A stretch of 64,000 bases of DNA from Bacteroidota bacterium. GTDB lineage: Bacteria; Bacteroidota; Bacteroidia; UKL13-3. The first letter of the stretch is position 1, and each line of letters starts with the position of its first letter. Location of the stretch: contig CANHVU010000008.1 of the NCBI GenBank assembly GCA_947464275.1, positions 17,082-81,081 on the forward strand. Direction: 5' to 3'. The translations under genes and the position numbers were made by a program. Shown here piece by piece: positions 49,364 through 59,817 of the stretch. The notes beneath the pieces were generated by a model, which worked only from the letters and a program-made list of their open reading frames with translations, was not told the origin of the DNA and did no database searches.

Positions 49364-51460
49364 TTATGCTTTTCCGTTAATTTTTGCTAATATTTCTTCT
49401 TGAACATTTCTAGGGGCTTCAGTGTAATGACTGAATTCCATAGTCGAAGTAGCTCTTCCTGAAGACAAAGTTCTTAATTGTGTAACGTATCCAAACATTT
49501 CTGCTAAAGGTACTTTTGCTTTTACAACTTGAGAACCAGCTCTGCTATCCATTCCTTCTAATTGTCCACGTCTTCTATTTAAATCACCAATAACATCACC
49601 CATATTTTCTTCAGGAGTTAATACCTCTAATTTCATAATAGGTTCTAATAATACTGGTTTAGCTTTTCTTGATGCTTCTTTGAAGCCCATTCTAGCTGCT
49701 AATTCAAATGATAATGAATCCGAATCTACTGCGTGGAATGAACCATCAAATAAACGAACTTTTAAACTTTCAACAGCGTATCCAGCTAAAACTCCGTTGT
49801 TCATTGCACCTTTGAATCCTTTTTCAACTGAAGGGATAAATTCTTTTGGAATAGCACCACCAACAATCTCATTTACAAACTCTAAACCAACTTTCTCTGG
49901 ATCGCCAGGTATTAATTCGAATTGGATATCTGCAAACTTACCTCTACCACCAGATTGCTTTTTGTAGCTTTCTCTGTGTGTAACAGGTACTGTAATAGTT
50001 TCTTTATAAGATACTTGAGGAGCACCTTGATTAACTTCTACTTTAAACTCACGTCTTAAGCGATCAACAATGATTTCCAAATGTAATTCACCCATTCCTG
50101 AGATTACAGTTTGACCAGTCTCTTCATCAGTTTTTACTTTAAAAGTAGGATCTTCTTCTGCTAATTTAGCTAAAGCCATACCTAATTTATCTGAATCAGC
50201 TTGAGTTTTAGGCTCAACCGCTAAACCAATAACTGGTTCAGGGAAATCCATCGATTCTAATACAATTGGGTGCTTTTCATCACACAAAGTATCACCAGTT
50301 TTTATATCTTTAAAACCAACAGCCGCTCCAATATCTCCAGCACCTAAGCTATCAATAGGGTTTTGTTTATTGGCATGCATTTGGAAGATACGAGAAATAC
50401 GCTCTTTATTACCACTACGAGTATTTAAAACGTAAGAACCAGCATCTAATTTACCTGAATATGCACGCATAAATGCTAAACGACCAACAAATGGATCTGT
50501 TGCAATTTTAAATGCTAAAGCTGCAAAAGGCTCATCGTATGAAGGTTTGCGTTTTACTTCTTCATTGGTATCAGGATTTATTCCTGTAACGCTTTGTTTA
50601 TCCATAGGACTTGGTAATAATTCCATTACTAAGTCTAACATGGTTTGAACACCTTTATTTTTGAATGAAGAACCACATAACATTGGAACTATTTTCATGT
50701 CAATAACAGCAGCGCGCAAAGCGTCTAAAATTTCTCTTTCTGATATGCTAGTAGGATCTTCAAAGAATTTCTCCATTAACTTATCATCATACTCAGAAAC
50801 TGCTTCCAATAACTTTTCTCTCCACATTAGAGATTCTTCCATCATTTCTTCTGGGATTGGAATTTCTTGGAAAGTCATACCTTTATCGTGCTCATTCCAA
50901 ATCATTCCACGGAAGTTGATTAAATCAACAACACCTTTGAAACTATCTTCAGCACCAATTGGTAATTGTAAAGGAACTGCATTGCTACCTAACATTTCTT
51001 TAACTTGTTTTACCACATTTAAGAAATCAGCACCTGAGCGGTCCATTTTATTAACGAAGCCTAAACGAGCTACGTTATAGTTATTAGCTAATCTCCAGTT
51101 AGTTTCTGATTGAGGCTCAACACCGTCAACAGCACTAAATAAGAAAACTAAACCATCTAATACACGCAATGAACGATTTACCTCAACGGTAAAATCAACG
51201 TGACCAGGGGTATCGATAATGTTGATTTGGTATTTATTACCTCTGTATGCCCAAGGCACAGTAGTTGCAGCAGAAGTGATTGTTATACCACGTTCAGCTT
51301 CTTGTACCATCCAGTCCATTGTTGAAGCACCATCATGTACTTCACCAATTTTATGGTTAACACCAGAATAGTATAATATACGCTCAGTTGTTGTAGTTTT
51401 ACCTGCATCAATGTGAGCTGCAATTCCTATGTTTCTTGTTAGTTTTAGGTCGCGAGACAT
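49364..51460 (-). CDS. fusA: Elongation factor G
   Basis: [30 protein letters not shown]. Confidence 0.99.
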   Translation of the reverse strand: MSRDLKLTRNIGIAAHIDAGKTTTTERILYYSGVNHKIGEVHDGASTMDWMVQEAERGITITSAATTVPWAYRGNKYQINIIDTPGHVDFTVEVNRSLRVLDGLVFLFSAVDGVEPQSETNWRLANNYNVARLGFVNKMDRSGADFLNVVKQVKEMLGSNAVPLQLPIGAEDSFKGVVDLINFRGMIWNEHDKGMTFQEIPIPEEMMEESLMWREKLLEAVSEYDDKLMEKFFEDPTSISEREILDALRAAVIDMKIVPMLCGSSFKNKGVQTMLDLVMELLPSPMDKQSVTGINPDTNEEVKRKPSYDEPFAALAFKIATDPFVGRLAFMRAYSGKLDAGSYVLNTRSGNKERISRIFQMHANKQNPIDSLGAGDIGAAVGFKDIKTGDTLCDEKHPIVLESMDFPEPVIGLAVEPKTQADSDKLGMALAKLAEEDPTFKVKTDEETGQTVISGMGELHLEIIVDRLRREFKVEVNQGAPQVSYKETITVPVTHRESYKKQSGGRGKFADIQFELIPGDPEKVGLEFVNEIVGGAIPKEFIPSVEKGFKGAMNNGVLAGYAVESLKVRLFDGSFHAVDSDSLSFELAARMGFKEASRKAKPVLLEPIMKLEVLTPEENMGDVIGDLNRRRGQLEGMDSRAGSQVVKAKVPLAEMFGYVTQLRTLSSGRATSTMEFSHYTEAPRNVQEEILAKINGKA

Positions 51461-51482
51461 TTTATTTTACTCTTTTTATTTA

Positions 51483-51953
51483 TTATGATAATTTAAAGTG
51501 AGAGAACGCTTTGTTAGCATCAGCCATTTTGTGCGTATCTTCTCTTTTCTTAACTGAAGCACCTTCGTTTTTAGAAGCAGCAATAATTTCAGCAGCCAAT
51601 TTATCTGACATAGATTTTTCGCTACGTCTGCGGCTGTATAAAATTAACCACTTCATGCCAACAGCTACTTTTCTATCAGCAGGAACTTCAATTGGAATTT
51701 GGAAAGTTGAACCTCCAACTCTTCTTGCTTTAACCTCTACTGAAGGCATAACATTGTTCAATGCTTTTTTCCAAACATCGATACCACGTTCTTGAAGTTT
51801 AGCTTCTACTTTATCTAATGCTTCGTAGAATATTGCGTAAGAAGTATTTTTCTTACCACTCCACATCATATTATTTACAAACCTTGTAACCAAAGTATCA
51901 TTAAACTTTGGATCAGGTGTTAAAATGCGTTTTTTAGGTTTTGATTTTCTCAT
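51483..51953 (-). CDS. rpsG: 30S ribosomal protein S7
   Basis: RRVGGSTFQIP, HKMADANKAF. Confidence 0.99.
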   Translation of the reverse strand: MRKSKPKKRILTPDPKFNDTLVTRFVNNMMWSGKKNTSYAIFYEALDKVEAKLQERGIDVWKKALNNVMPSVEVKARRVGGSTFQIPIEVPADRKVAVGMKWLILYSRRRSEKSMSDKLAAEIIAASKNEGASVKKREDTHKMADANKAFSHFKLS

Positions 51954-51981
51954 TGTAATCTATTGCTTTTAGGCTTCTAAA

Positions 51982-52398
51982 TTATTTTTTCTTTTTGCCT
52001 TTAGCGTCTGCTGCAGGAGCTGCTCCTGGTTTAGGACGTTTAGTTCCATATTTAGAGCGTTGTTGTGTTCTTCCTTCAACACCCGCAGTATCTAATGCAC
52101 CACGAACAATGTGATATCTAACACCCGGTAAATCTTTAACACGACCACCACGTACTAAAACGATAGAGTGTTCTTGTAAATTGTGACCTTCTCCAGGAAT
52201 GTAAGCATTTACTTCGTTTCCGTTAGTTAAACGAACACGAGCTACTTTACGCATTGCTGAATTTGGTTTCTTTGGCGTAGTAGTGTAAACACGAGTACAA
52301 ACACCTCTACGTTGAGGACAGTTGTCAAGTGCTGGTGATTTACTTTTAAAAACCACATCGGTACGACCTTTTCTAATAAGCTGTTGTATAGTTGGCAT
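51982..52398 (-). CDS. rpsL: 30S ribosomal protein S12
   Basis: [27 protein letters not shown]. Confidence 0.99.
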   Translation of the reverse strand: MPTIQQLIRKGRTDVVFKSKSPALDNCPQRRGVCTRVYTTTPKKPNSAMRKVARVRLTNGNEVNAYIPGEGHNLQEHSIVLVRGGRVKDLPGVRYHIVRGALDTAGVEGRTQQRSKYGTKRPKPGAAPAADAKGKKKK

Positions 52399-52435
52399 AT
52401 TAATTAAATTCTTATAACCTCTTTTTTAGGGGCTG

Positions 52436-52466
52436 CAAAGGTAGATGAATAATCTTGCAAAACAAA
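52436..52466 (-). promoter_or_regulatory. Promoter of the str/S10 operon
   Basis: The minus strand reads TTTG-N19-TACCTTTG. A second -7 element (TATATTTG) lies at 52584-52591. Confidence 0.75.
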
Positions 52467-52680
52467 TGCGCAACAAAAAATATTTTAATAAAGAGCTAAA
52501 ATACTATTTTGCTGAGCGGGTTGAATTGAAAAAACTAACCATCAGACAATGCCGCTTGGGACTTTTCCCGTTTAAAGGGGGTGCAAATATAATTATCTTA
52601 TTTACTAATACAAGTTTTATTGTGAGTTTTTTTTTATTTTGTTTTGAAAAACAGCCAATAACAAAAAAATTGCATAAAAA

Positions 52681-52702
52681 AACCGCAACTAAAGCTGCGG
52701 TT
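52681..52702 (-). terminator. Intrinsic terminator
   Basis: AACCGCA..TGCGGTT with a poly-A flank. Confidence 0.65.
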
Positions 52703-52728
52703 CTCGTTTCTTAAATTATTAAAAAAAA

Positions 52729-53094
52729 TTATTCTAGGCCCCACGAATCATATAATGTATTTATGAACTTATTTTCTTGGTTCTCCATTTTTGAATCAGA
52801 CATACAAATTTTCATAGCAAATTGTATTAGCTTATTTCTTTCGCTATTGGTGCTTAGTTTGAAGAAATGTTCAGCAATTTCAATAAAATGCGGCATTATT
52901 TCGCTTAAAGGGAAAGCTCTTAAAAAAGCTTGCTCCTTAATTAAATCGATCGGTTGTTTATAATTTCTCTCCAAAAAATCTAATAAAACATGTCCTTCAG
53001 CTTTTTCTATTTTACCATCAGCTTTTGATAATATCATTAATAAATGAAAACCAGCCTCGGTTTTGTTCATTTTATTTATAAATTGGGTAGGCAT
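52729..53094 (-). CDS. TerB-family protein
   Basis: LSKADGKIEKAE ... MSDSKMENQE duplicated D-x-x-x-x-x-E motifs. The start is probably the second Met. Confidence 0.7.
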   Translation of the reverse strand: MPTQFINKMNKTEAGFHLLMILSKADGKIEKAEGHVLLDFLERNYKQPIDLIKEQAFLRAFPLSEIMPHFIEIAEHFFKLSTNSERNKLIQFAMKICMSDSKMENQENKFINTLYDSWGLE

Positions 53095-53219
53095 ATTGAG
53101 TGAGTTAATTTTTTAGTGAAAATAAAAATTATTTTGACAATTGCAAAATAATTTAAACTTTTAATAAAAATATTTTAAAAGCAAAATATTTTAAAAACAT
53201 ACATTAATACTATTAGTTT

Positions 53220-53669
53220 TTAAATCAATTGTTTAGTATGAGCTTTGGCATCTACCTTTTCAATTACTTTTTCAATTATTCCTTTTTCATTAATCACAAA
53301 GGTACTGCGCAAAATACCCATATAAGTTTTACCATACATGCTTTTTTCGCCCCATGCGCCATAAGCTTCGGCTACTTCGTGGTCAATGTCGGCTAATAAA
53401 CTAAAAGGAAGTTCATATTTGGCTATAAATTTCACATGCGATTTTTCAGTATCAGGGCTAACACCAAGTATTTCGTAACCTTGAGCCTGAAATGTGTGGT
53501 AATTGTCTCTTAAATCGCAGGCTTCGGCAGTGCAGCCAGGAGTTGAATCTTTAGGATAAAAATATAAAACCAACTTTTTGCCTTTATAATCGGCTAATGA
53601 AACTTTTTCGCCCTTTTCGTTGGTACTTGTAAATGCTGGTGCTTTATCGCCTATTGTTAGTTTAGTCAT
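53220..53669 (-). CDS. bcp: Thioredoxin-dependent peroxiredoxin BCP
   Basis: YFYPKDSTPGCTAEAC, RSTFVI. Confidence 0.95.
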   Translation of the reverse strand: MTKLTIGDKAPAFTSTNEKGEKVSLADYKGKKLVLYFYPKDSTPGCTAEACDLRDNYHTFQAQGYEILGVSPDTEKSHVKFIAKYELPFSLLADIDHEVAEAYGAWGEKSMYGKTYMGILRSTFVINEKGIIEKVIEKVDAKAHTKQLI

Positions 53670-53731
53670 ATTTTTTAGTTTAAAAGTTTTTAGTTCTTAG
53701 TTTAAAGTACTTAGTTTTTGGTTGCTGAACA
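53670..53731 (-). repeat. Heptamer-periodic leader ending at the bcp start codon
   Basis: Minus strand GTTCAGCAACC AAAAACT AAGTACT TTAAACT AAGAACT AAAAACT...AAAAAATATG; similar to 58826-58898. Confidence 0.7.
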
Positions 53732-53751
53732 CATCAAAGTATTAATTTAAA

Positions 53752-55566
53752 TCATTCAAAAGCAATCGGCATTATGAAACTTTTTTCTGCCACATTTTCT
53801 TTTTTATCTGTAACACGAATAAGTACTTCTGGTTTTATTATTGCACCATTTTTTAGTTTACTATCCTTATTTTGAGCTACTAAATTATACCAAATTTTAT
53901 CGAAATGGTATGTAAGCATATTGCTTTTAGCATCAAAATCTAATAAAATCCATTCACCATTTAAGTAACCTTCATACTTACCAATTCCACTAAAATTATC
54001 TTTTATTTCAAAATAAAAATGGAGGCTATCCCCTAAAGCTTCTTCGGTATTTATAAATACTTGCTTTATGGTTGGCGCAATGGTATCAATGGTTACAAAA
54101 TAATGTCCAAAGTTACTTACTTTTCCTTTTACCACTCCCCCATCGTAATTTCCGCCTGCACTTCTAAAATTTTTTTCATCATCAAAATAATGTGCTAAAA
54201 GTAACTTACTATGATATTCGGTTTTAACTTTTATTGGTTTAATGGCAATATCGGCAGCCTTATGCACTGGTGCAGTTGGGTTGAAAATTTTAAAGGTTTT
54301 ACTGTATGAAGTTTTGTATTTTGGTAAAACTTCAAAATCATAAAACACAGTATCATAAACAGATTTAGCATCCAATTCAAACAAAAAATCTTTGTTTTTT
54401 ATGGTATTCTTTTTTAATGGATAAAACGCCTTTTTCTGCTTGATTGATTTTAAATAATCTTGTTTTTCCTTATCAATTTTACTAGGTAAGCCTACAATTG
54501 GAATTAACAAAACAAACTTATTTTGGTTAAAGTCTTTTACTTCAAAAACCAATGTATCTCGAGTATTTTTAATTACTAAAATTTTTCCTTTTAAAGCGTT
54601 GGTTTGGTAGGTGCTAAATTCGTTTCCTTCATCTATAAAGCACTTCTGAACACGGGTTTTTGCAACCTTGTAAAACGGATAATCAATATGTGTATTGATA
54701 TATTTACTTTCATCGAAAGCAAATTGATTTAATGTATGGCTAAATGCAAGTTTATTTTTAAATTTTAAACTATATTCATGAATTCCTTTTTCATCTGTTA
54801 GATTATGAATATAATCGTAAGCTTCAATGCCAAAACCATAGGTTTCGGCAGGCAATTCAAGTGCTTTTTTGTAAATAAATTGATTTGGAGTATTGGTTGC
54901 AACAATGGTTTGATGGTTAATTTTTAGTTCTTGTTTTAGTAAAAGTCCATCTGGAACAAAATTATATACAAACACATTTTTTATTACAGGATTTAAGGTA
55001 TCAAAAGGTATAATTCCAAATAAAGCAGGATTGATAATTTTTTCAGATTTGGTGTTTCTAATTTCAAAATGAACATGCGGGCCAGAGCTACCACCACTAT
55101 TGCCACTTAAGCCAATGGTATCACCTTTTTTAACCAATAATACAGGTTTTTCAAAAACATAATCAAACTCAAAAGTTTGGTTTTTATACTGATAATTTTG
55201 AATCCACTCCGCTATTTTACCTGAGTATTTTTGCAAATGTCCGTAAACAGTTGTGTAACCATTTGGATGATCTAAATAAATGGCTTTTCCGTAACCAATG
55301 CTTTGAATTTTAATGCGAGAAACGTAACCATCGGCACTAGCAAATACAGGTAAACCCTCACGCTGATTTGTACGCAAATCCATGCCACTATGAAAATGAT
55401 TATCGCGCAAGCCACCAAATGGAGAAACCAAGCTTGGCAATGAATCTAACGGATAGCGAAAATAATTTTGCGGATAATTTTGTGCATTTGTTTTTTGTAA
55501 AAAAACTTTAAAAACAACTATTAACAGTAATTTCCATTTTGCTGTATTAAAAATTTTGAAGTTCAT
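53752..55566 (-). CDS. M23 family metallopeptidase
   Basis: HFHSGMD, YGHL, SGNSGGSSGPHVHFE. Confidence 0.92.
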   Translation of the reverse strand: MNFKIFNTAKWKLLLIVVFKVFLQKTNAQNYPQNYFRYPLDSLPSLVSPFGGLRDNHFHSGMDLRTNQREGLPVFASADGYVSRIKIQSIGYGKAIYLDHPNGYTTVYGHLQKYSGKIAEWIQNYQYKNQTFEFDYVFEKPVLLVKKGDTIGLSGNSGGSSGPHVHFEIRNTKSEKIINPALFGIIPFDTLNPVIKNVFVYNFVPDGLLLKQELKINHQTIVATNTPNQFIYKKALELPAETYGFGIEAYDYIHNLTDEKGIHEYSLKFKNKLAFSHTLNQFAFDESKYINTHIDYPFYKVAKTRVQKCFIDEGNEFSTYQTNALKGKILVIKNTRDTLVFEVKDFNQNKFVLLIPIVGLPSKIDKEKQDYLKSIKQKKAFYPLKKNTIKNKDFLFELDAKSVYDTVFYDFEVLPKYKTSYSKTFKIFNPTAPVHKAADIAIKPIKVKTEYHSKLLLAHYFDDEKNFRSAGGNYDGGVVKGKVSNFGHYFVTIDTIAPTIKQVFINTEEALGDSLHFYFEIKDNFSGIGKYEGYLNGEWILLDFDAKSNMLTYHFDKIWYNLVAQNKDSKLKNGAIIKPEVLIRVTDKKENVAEKSFIMPIAFE

Positions 55567-55665
55567 AGAGGTTTAGAAAAAAATTATTAAAACAGAATGG
55601 CAAAAATTGAACCACACAAATAAGAGGTATCTAAGATATTTATAACAAAGGCAATAATTTATCTA

Positions 55666-56274
55666 TTATTTTACGTCACAAGTCAACATTAACTCATTGC
55701 CAATATAACCTTCTAGTTTATCGCCAATATTAACTTGACTAACCCCTGCAGGAGTGCCTGTATAAATTAAATCGCCCACTTTTAAAGTAAAATATTGTGA
55801 TACAAAACTTACTATTTTTTCAAAAGAAAATATCATTTGAGCCGTGTTTCCTTTTTGCACTACTTGTCCATTTTTTTGCAAACTGAAATCAATGTTTTTT
55901 AAATCCATGTTTTCAATATTGATAAAATTACCAATTGGTGCCGAACCATCAAAAGCTTTGGCAAGTTCCCAAGGTAAACCTTTTGATTTCAGTTCTGACT
56001 GCACATCGCGGGCAGTAAAATCAATACCTAAGCCAATTTCTGAAAAATAATTATGGGCAAATTTTTCCTGAATTTTTTTTCCCACTTTATTAATTTTTAT
56101 AACCAATTCCACCTCGTGGTGCACATCGCTACTAAAACTAGGTAAATAAAATGCTTCATTATTTTTTAGCAAAGCAGTATCGGGTTTGCTAAATATCACT
56201 GGATTTTCTGGAACGGCATTACCTAACTCCTTGGCATGTTCGCTATAATTACGGCCTACACAAAGTATTTTCAT
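55666..56274 (-). CDS. Fumarylacetoacetate hydrolase family protein
   Basis: VGRNYSEH, HHEVEL, DFTARD, YTGTPAGV. Confidence 0.93.
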   Translation of the reverse strand: MKILCVGRNYSEHAKELGNAVPENPVIFSKPDTALLKNNEAFYLPSFSSDVHHEVELVIKINKVGKKIQEKFAHNYFSEIGLGIDFTARDVQSELKSKGLPWELAKAFDGSAPIGNFINIENMDLKNIDFSLQKNGQVVQKGNTAQMIFSFEKIVSFVSQYFTLKVGDLIYTGTPAGVSQVNIGDKLEGYIGNELMLTCDVK

Positions 56275-56358
56275 TTATAAAAGTATCAATTTTTGCTACG
56301 AATATATTTTAAATATACAATTGGCTAAATATTTTAATTTGATAATTTCGTTTATAAA

Positions 56359-57030
56359 TTGACAAAAGTGAAACGTTACAATCCAAACATCCATCATAGA
56401 AAATCCATTCGATTAAAAGGCTACGATTACTCTCGTAAAGGATTATATTTTGTTACCATTTGTTGTAAAAACAGGGCCTGTTTATTTGGTAAAATTGAAA
56501 ATGGTAAAATGTTTTTAAATGAAGCAGGTGTAATGATTGAAAAATGGTATTTTGAATTAGAAAATAAATTCCTAGATATTAAATGCCAAGAAATGATTGT
56601 GATGCCAAATCATATACATTTCATAATTGAAAATACGGGCGATATTGCTGCCGTGCAGGCAAACCGAAATATTCGCCCTGAAGATGAAGACGTACGGGCG
56701 AACCTAGGTGTTCGCCCCGATGATATCGGGCAGACACATAGGTCTGCCCCAACAGAAACATCTGAACAAATTTTTGGTGAACATATTGGGTCGCCATTGC
56801 ATAGGGTTATTCAATGGTTTAAAACAATGACTACCAACGAATATATTCGAGGTGTAAAAAATTTAGGTTGGGAACCTTTTTACAAAAAATTATGGCAACG
56901 GAATTATTGGGAACATATTATTCGTAATGAAAATTCATATCAAAACATTTCAAATTATATCATCAATAATCCTTCAAAATGGAATGAAGATGTTTTGAAT
57001 AGAGAAAAGCTGAACACTAAAAGCTTTTAA
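56359..57030 (+). mobile_element. REP-associated tyrosine transposase (RAYT, Y1/HUH) with internal REP hairpins
   Basis: HRKSIRLKGYDYS...YFVTIC, MPNHIHFII (HUH), WQRNYWEHIIR, YIINNP. Confidence 0.9.
56653..56800. repeat. Four GTA(G)-type REP hairpins inside the RAYT ORF
   Basis: Forward at 56653-56679 and 56692-56718 (GTACGGGCGAAC..GTTCGCCC); reverse at 56728-56753 (GGGCAGAC..GTCTGCCCCAAC) and 56776-56800. Confidence 0.8.
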
Positions 57031-57057
57031 TAAAATAATTATCAAAAATCATTCATT

Positions 57058-58767
57058 ATGCTTACAAATACCCTTTACTTTGCGAAGCTTTTGAATAACC
57101 AAGTAACTATATTATCTAAACTTTGCAGCGATTTTGGAATTGAGCATGCTGTAATTTGTCCAGGCTCACGTTCTGCGCCATTGGTGTTTGCTTTTAACCG
57201 AAATAAAAACATCAAAACTTACGCCATTGTAGACGAGCGAAGTGCAGGCTATATTGCTCTTGGTATGGCCCAACAATTACAAAAACCGGTAGCCTTAATT
57301 TGTACCAGTGGAACTGCTGCTCTTAATTTCTTTCCGGCTATAGCCGAAGCTTTTTATCAAAAAATTCCTTTGGTGGTTTTAACGGCAGATAGACCCGCTG
57401 AATTACTTAATCAACAAGATGGGCAAATGATTAACCAAGTGAATGTATTTGGAAGTCATGTAAGGGAAAGTTTAAATTTAAATAAAGAAAATTCGAATTT
57501 CGAATTTCGAATTTTGAATTTGTTAAGCAAATCAATGCTTCCTGTTAAAGGACCTGTGCATATAAATGTGCCTTTGGTGGAACCTTTGTACGAAGATTTA
57601 GCAATTTGCAATGAGCAATTTGCAATAGGCAATTATAAAAAAAAACCATACAACAATTTAACAATCTTTGACAATTTTGATAAAGTTAAGCTAAGCAATG
57701 CAGTCAATAAAAGTTCTAAAAAGGTAATATTAATTGGGCAGGGTTTTCCTGACCAAAAATTAGCCTCGGTTTTAAAAAGTTTGGAACAAAAGGGTTTTGT
57801 AATTTTAGCAGATGTAGTTTCAAATCAACACGAAAGTACTTGCATTTCGCATTACGATTTGATTGTTGCGCAAGCAACACCTGACATTTTAAAAACTTTA
57901 GAACCTGATTTAATTATTAGCTTGGGTGGACCAGTTTTATCGAAAGCATTAAAACTTTGGCTAAAAAAGCAAAAACCGCAGTTTCATTTTAGAATTCAGC
58001 AAGATGAATTTTTGGTAAACACTTACGATAATGTTACCGATTATATAGTTACTAATAATATCAGGCCACTAAAATTTATTACTGAAAATTTTATTCCTAA
58101 AAATTTATTTTTGAATAATTGGCAAGAAATAAATGCCAAAGCAAAACAGTTAGTAACCGATTTTACCCAAAATAATCAAACTGTGTTTAATGAACTGGTG
58201 GCTGTAAAAACTGTTTTGGAGCAATTGCCAAACCAAAGTCAATTACAAATTGCTAACAGTACTGCCATACGCTACGTAAGTTATTTAGGTTTACCAAACA
58301 AAAATTTAACGATTTTTTGTAACAGAGGCACGAGCGGAATTGATGGTTGTACCTCAACAGCATTGGGCGCAGCCCTCATCAATAATAAAATTACCACTTT
58401 AATTACGGGCGATTTAGCGTTTTTTTACGATAGAAATGCTTTTTGGAACAATTACATTCCAAACAATTTGCGTGTAATTTTATTAAATAATAATGGAGGA
58501 GGAATTTTTAATTTAATTGATGGACCAAGCAGTGCACCCGAATTAGATAAATTCTTTTTAACCAAACATACATTAAAAGCAAAAAATTTAGCTGCCGATT
58601 TTGGATTAATTTACGAAAATTGCACTTCGCAAAATGAATTAAACCAAGCATTAAATTCGTTTTTTGAACCTTCGGAAACAGCTAAAATATTAGAACTGAG
58701 TTTTGATATGAATAAAAGTGCCGAAGTGTATAAAGCGTTTAGGAAAATGGTTATTGGCTCCCGATAG
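57058..58767 (+). CDS. menD: SEPHCHC synthase MenD
   Basis: CPGSRSAPL, DERSAGY, CTSGTA, TADRP, NRGTSGIDG, GDLAFFYD, NNNGGGIF. The true start may be TTG at about 57091. Confidence 0.96.
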   Translation: MLTNTLYFAKLLNNQVTILSKLCSDFGIEHAVICPGSRSAPLVFAFNRNKNIKTYAIVDERSAGYIALGMAQQLQKPVALICTSGTAALNFFPAIAEAFYQKIPLVVLTADRPAELLNQQDGQMINQVNVFGSHVRESLNLNKENSNFEFRILNLLSKSMLPVKGPVHINVPLVEPLYEDLAICNEQFAIGNYKKKPYNNLTIFDNFDKVKLSNAVNKSSKKVILIGQGFPDQKLASVLKSLEQKGFVILADVVSNQHESTCISHYDLIVAQATPDILKTLEPDLIISLGGPVLSKALKLWLKKQKPQFHFRIQQDEFLVNTYDNVTDYIVTNNIRPLKFITENFIPKNLFLNNWQEINAKAKQLVTDFTQNNQTVFNELVAVKTVLEQLPNQSQLQIANSTAIRYVSYLGLPNKNLTIFCNRGTSGIDGCTSTALGAALINNKITTLITGDLAFFYDRNAFWNNYIPNNLRVILLNNNGGGIFNLIDGPSSAPELDKFFLTKHTLKAKNLAADFGLIYENCTSQNELNQALNSFFEPSETAKILELSFDMNKSAEVYKAFRKMVIGSR

Positions 58768-58776
58768 CTATCGGGA
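58759..58776. repeat. 18-bp palindrome TCCCGATAGCTATCGGGA supplying the menD stop codon
   Basis: Identical to 23069-23086; the TAG at 58765-67 ends menD. Confidence 0.8.
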
Positions 58777-58825
58777 TAGCTTCTGGCCAAATGCTAATAA
58801 ATCTAGCTATAAAATTAGAGCTAAC

Positions 58826-58898
58826 GCTTCGGCTACGCTCAGCGACCAAAAAACTAAAAACTTTGAACTAAGTACTAAAAACTAAGAACTAAAAAAAT
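58826..58898 (+). repeat. Half-REP plus heptamer-periodic leader ending at the menB start
   Basis: GCTTCGGCTACGCTCAGCGACC AAAAAACT AAAAACT TTGAACT AAGTACT AAAAACT AAGAACT AAAAAAATATG. Confidence 0.7.
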
Positions 58899-59723
58899 AT
58901 GACAAGTAAATATAATTGGACAACTCTAAAGGAGTACAAGGAAATTTTATTTCAATACTACGAAGGTATTGCTAAAATTAGTATTAACCGTCCGCATGTG
59001 CACAATGCGTTTACCCCGCTTACCGTTCAAGAAATGAGCGAAGCCATGGAATTAGCGCGCCAAAATCAAGATGTGCGTGTGGTAATTTTAACTGGCGAAG
59101 GCGGAAAAGCTTTTTGCAGTGGTGGTGATCAAAGTGTGCGCGGACACGGAGGTTATATTGGCGATGATGGAATTCCTCGTTTAAATGTGTTGGATTTACA
59201 AATGCAAATCCGCAGAATTCCTAAGCCGGTTGTGGCTATGGTAGCAGGTTATGCCATTGGTGGCGGACATGTATTACATGTAATTTGCGATATTTCTATT
59301 GCTGCCGAAAATGCTAAATTTGGTCAAACAGGACCAAAAGTGGGCAGTTTTGATGGTGGATTTGGTGCTGGCTATCTAGCTAGAGTAGTTGGCCAAAAGA
59401 AAGCCAGAGAAATTTGGTTTTTATGCGACCAATACAATGCCCAAGAAGCTTTAGATATGGGCTTGGTAAATAAAGTGGTGCCTTTAGAATTATTAGAAGA
59501 CGAAACCATAAAATGGTGTCAGAAAATGATTGAAAAAAGTCCAGTGGCTTTACGTATGATAAAAGCAAGTTTTAATGCTGAGTTAGACGGACAAGCGGGT
59601 ATTCAGGAATTAGCAGGAAACGCTACTTTGCTTTATTACCTCAGCGATGAAGCTAAAGAAGGCAAAAATTCGTTCTTAGAAAAACGCAAACCCGACTTTA
59701 GTAAATTCCCTAAGTTCCCATAG
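58899..59723 (+). CDS. menB: 1,4-dihydroxy-2-naphthoyl-CoA synthase
   Basis: [28 protein letters not shown]. Confidence 0.97.
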   Translation: MTSKYNWTTLKEYKEILFQYYEGIAKISINRPHVHNAFTPLTVQEMSEAMELARQNQDVRVVILTGEGGKAFCSGGDQSVRGHGGYIGDDGIPRLNVLDLQMQIRRIPKPVVAMVAGYAIGGGHVLHVICDISIAAENAKFGQTGPKVGSFDGGFGAGYLARVVGQKKAREIWFLCDQYNAQEALDMGLVNKVVPLELLEDETIKWCQKMIEKSPVALRMIKASFNAELDGQAGIQELAGNATLLYYLSDEAKEGKNSFLEKRKPDFSKFPKFP

Positions 59724-59733
59724 TTTTCCCGCA

Positions 59734-59749
59734 TCCCGATTTATCGGGA
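59734..59749. repeat. 16-bp palindrome TCCCGATTTATCGGGA with a GCA duplication, inside a nonamer-type repeat
   Basis: CCC-GCA-[palindrome]-GCA-GAATTTCGCAG, compared with the uninterrupted CCCGCAGATTTCGC at 16347. Confidence 0.75.
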
Positions 59750-59817
59750 GCAGAATTTCGCAGAGATTTTGTTTAGTTTTTAAGTAAAATTTGTTCCTAA
59801 AAAAATAAAACATTTAT

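Noticed and set aside
49044-52398. No tuf after fusA; Zn-ribbon-less S14, L36 and type B L31
   Set aside because: This is the usual arrangement in Bacteroidota.
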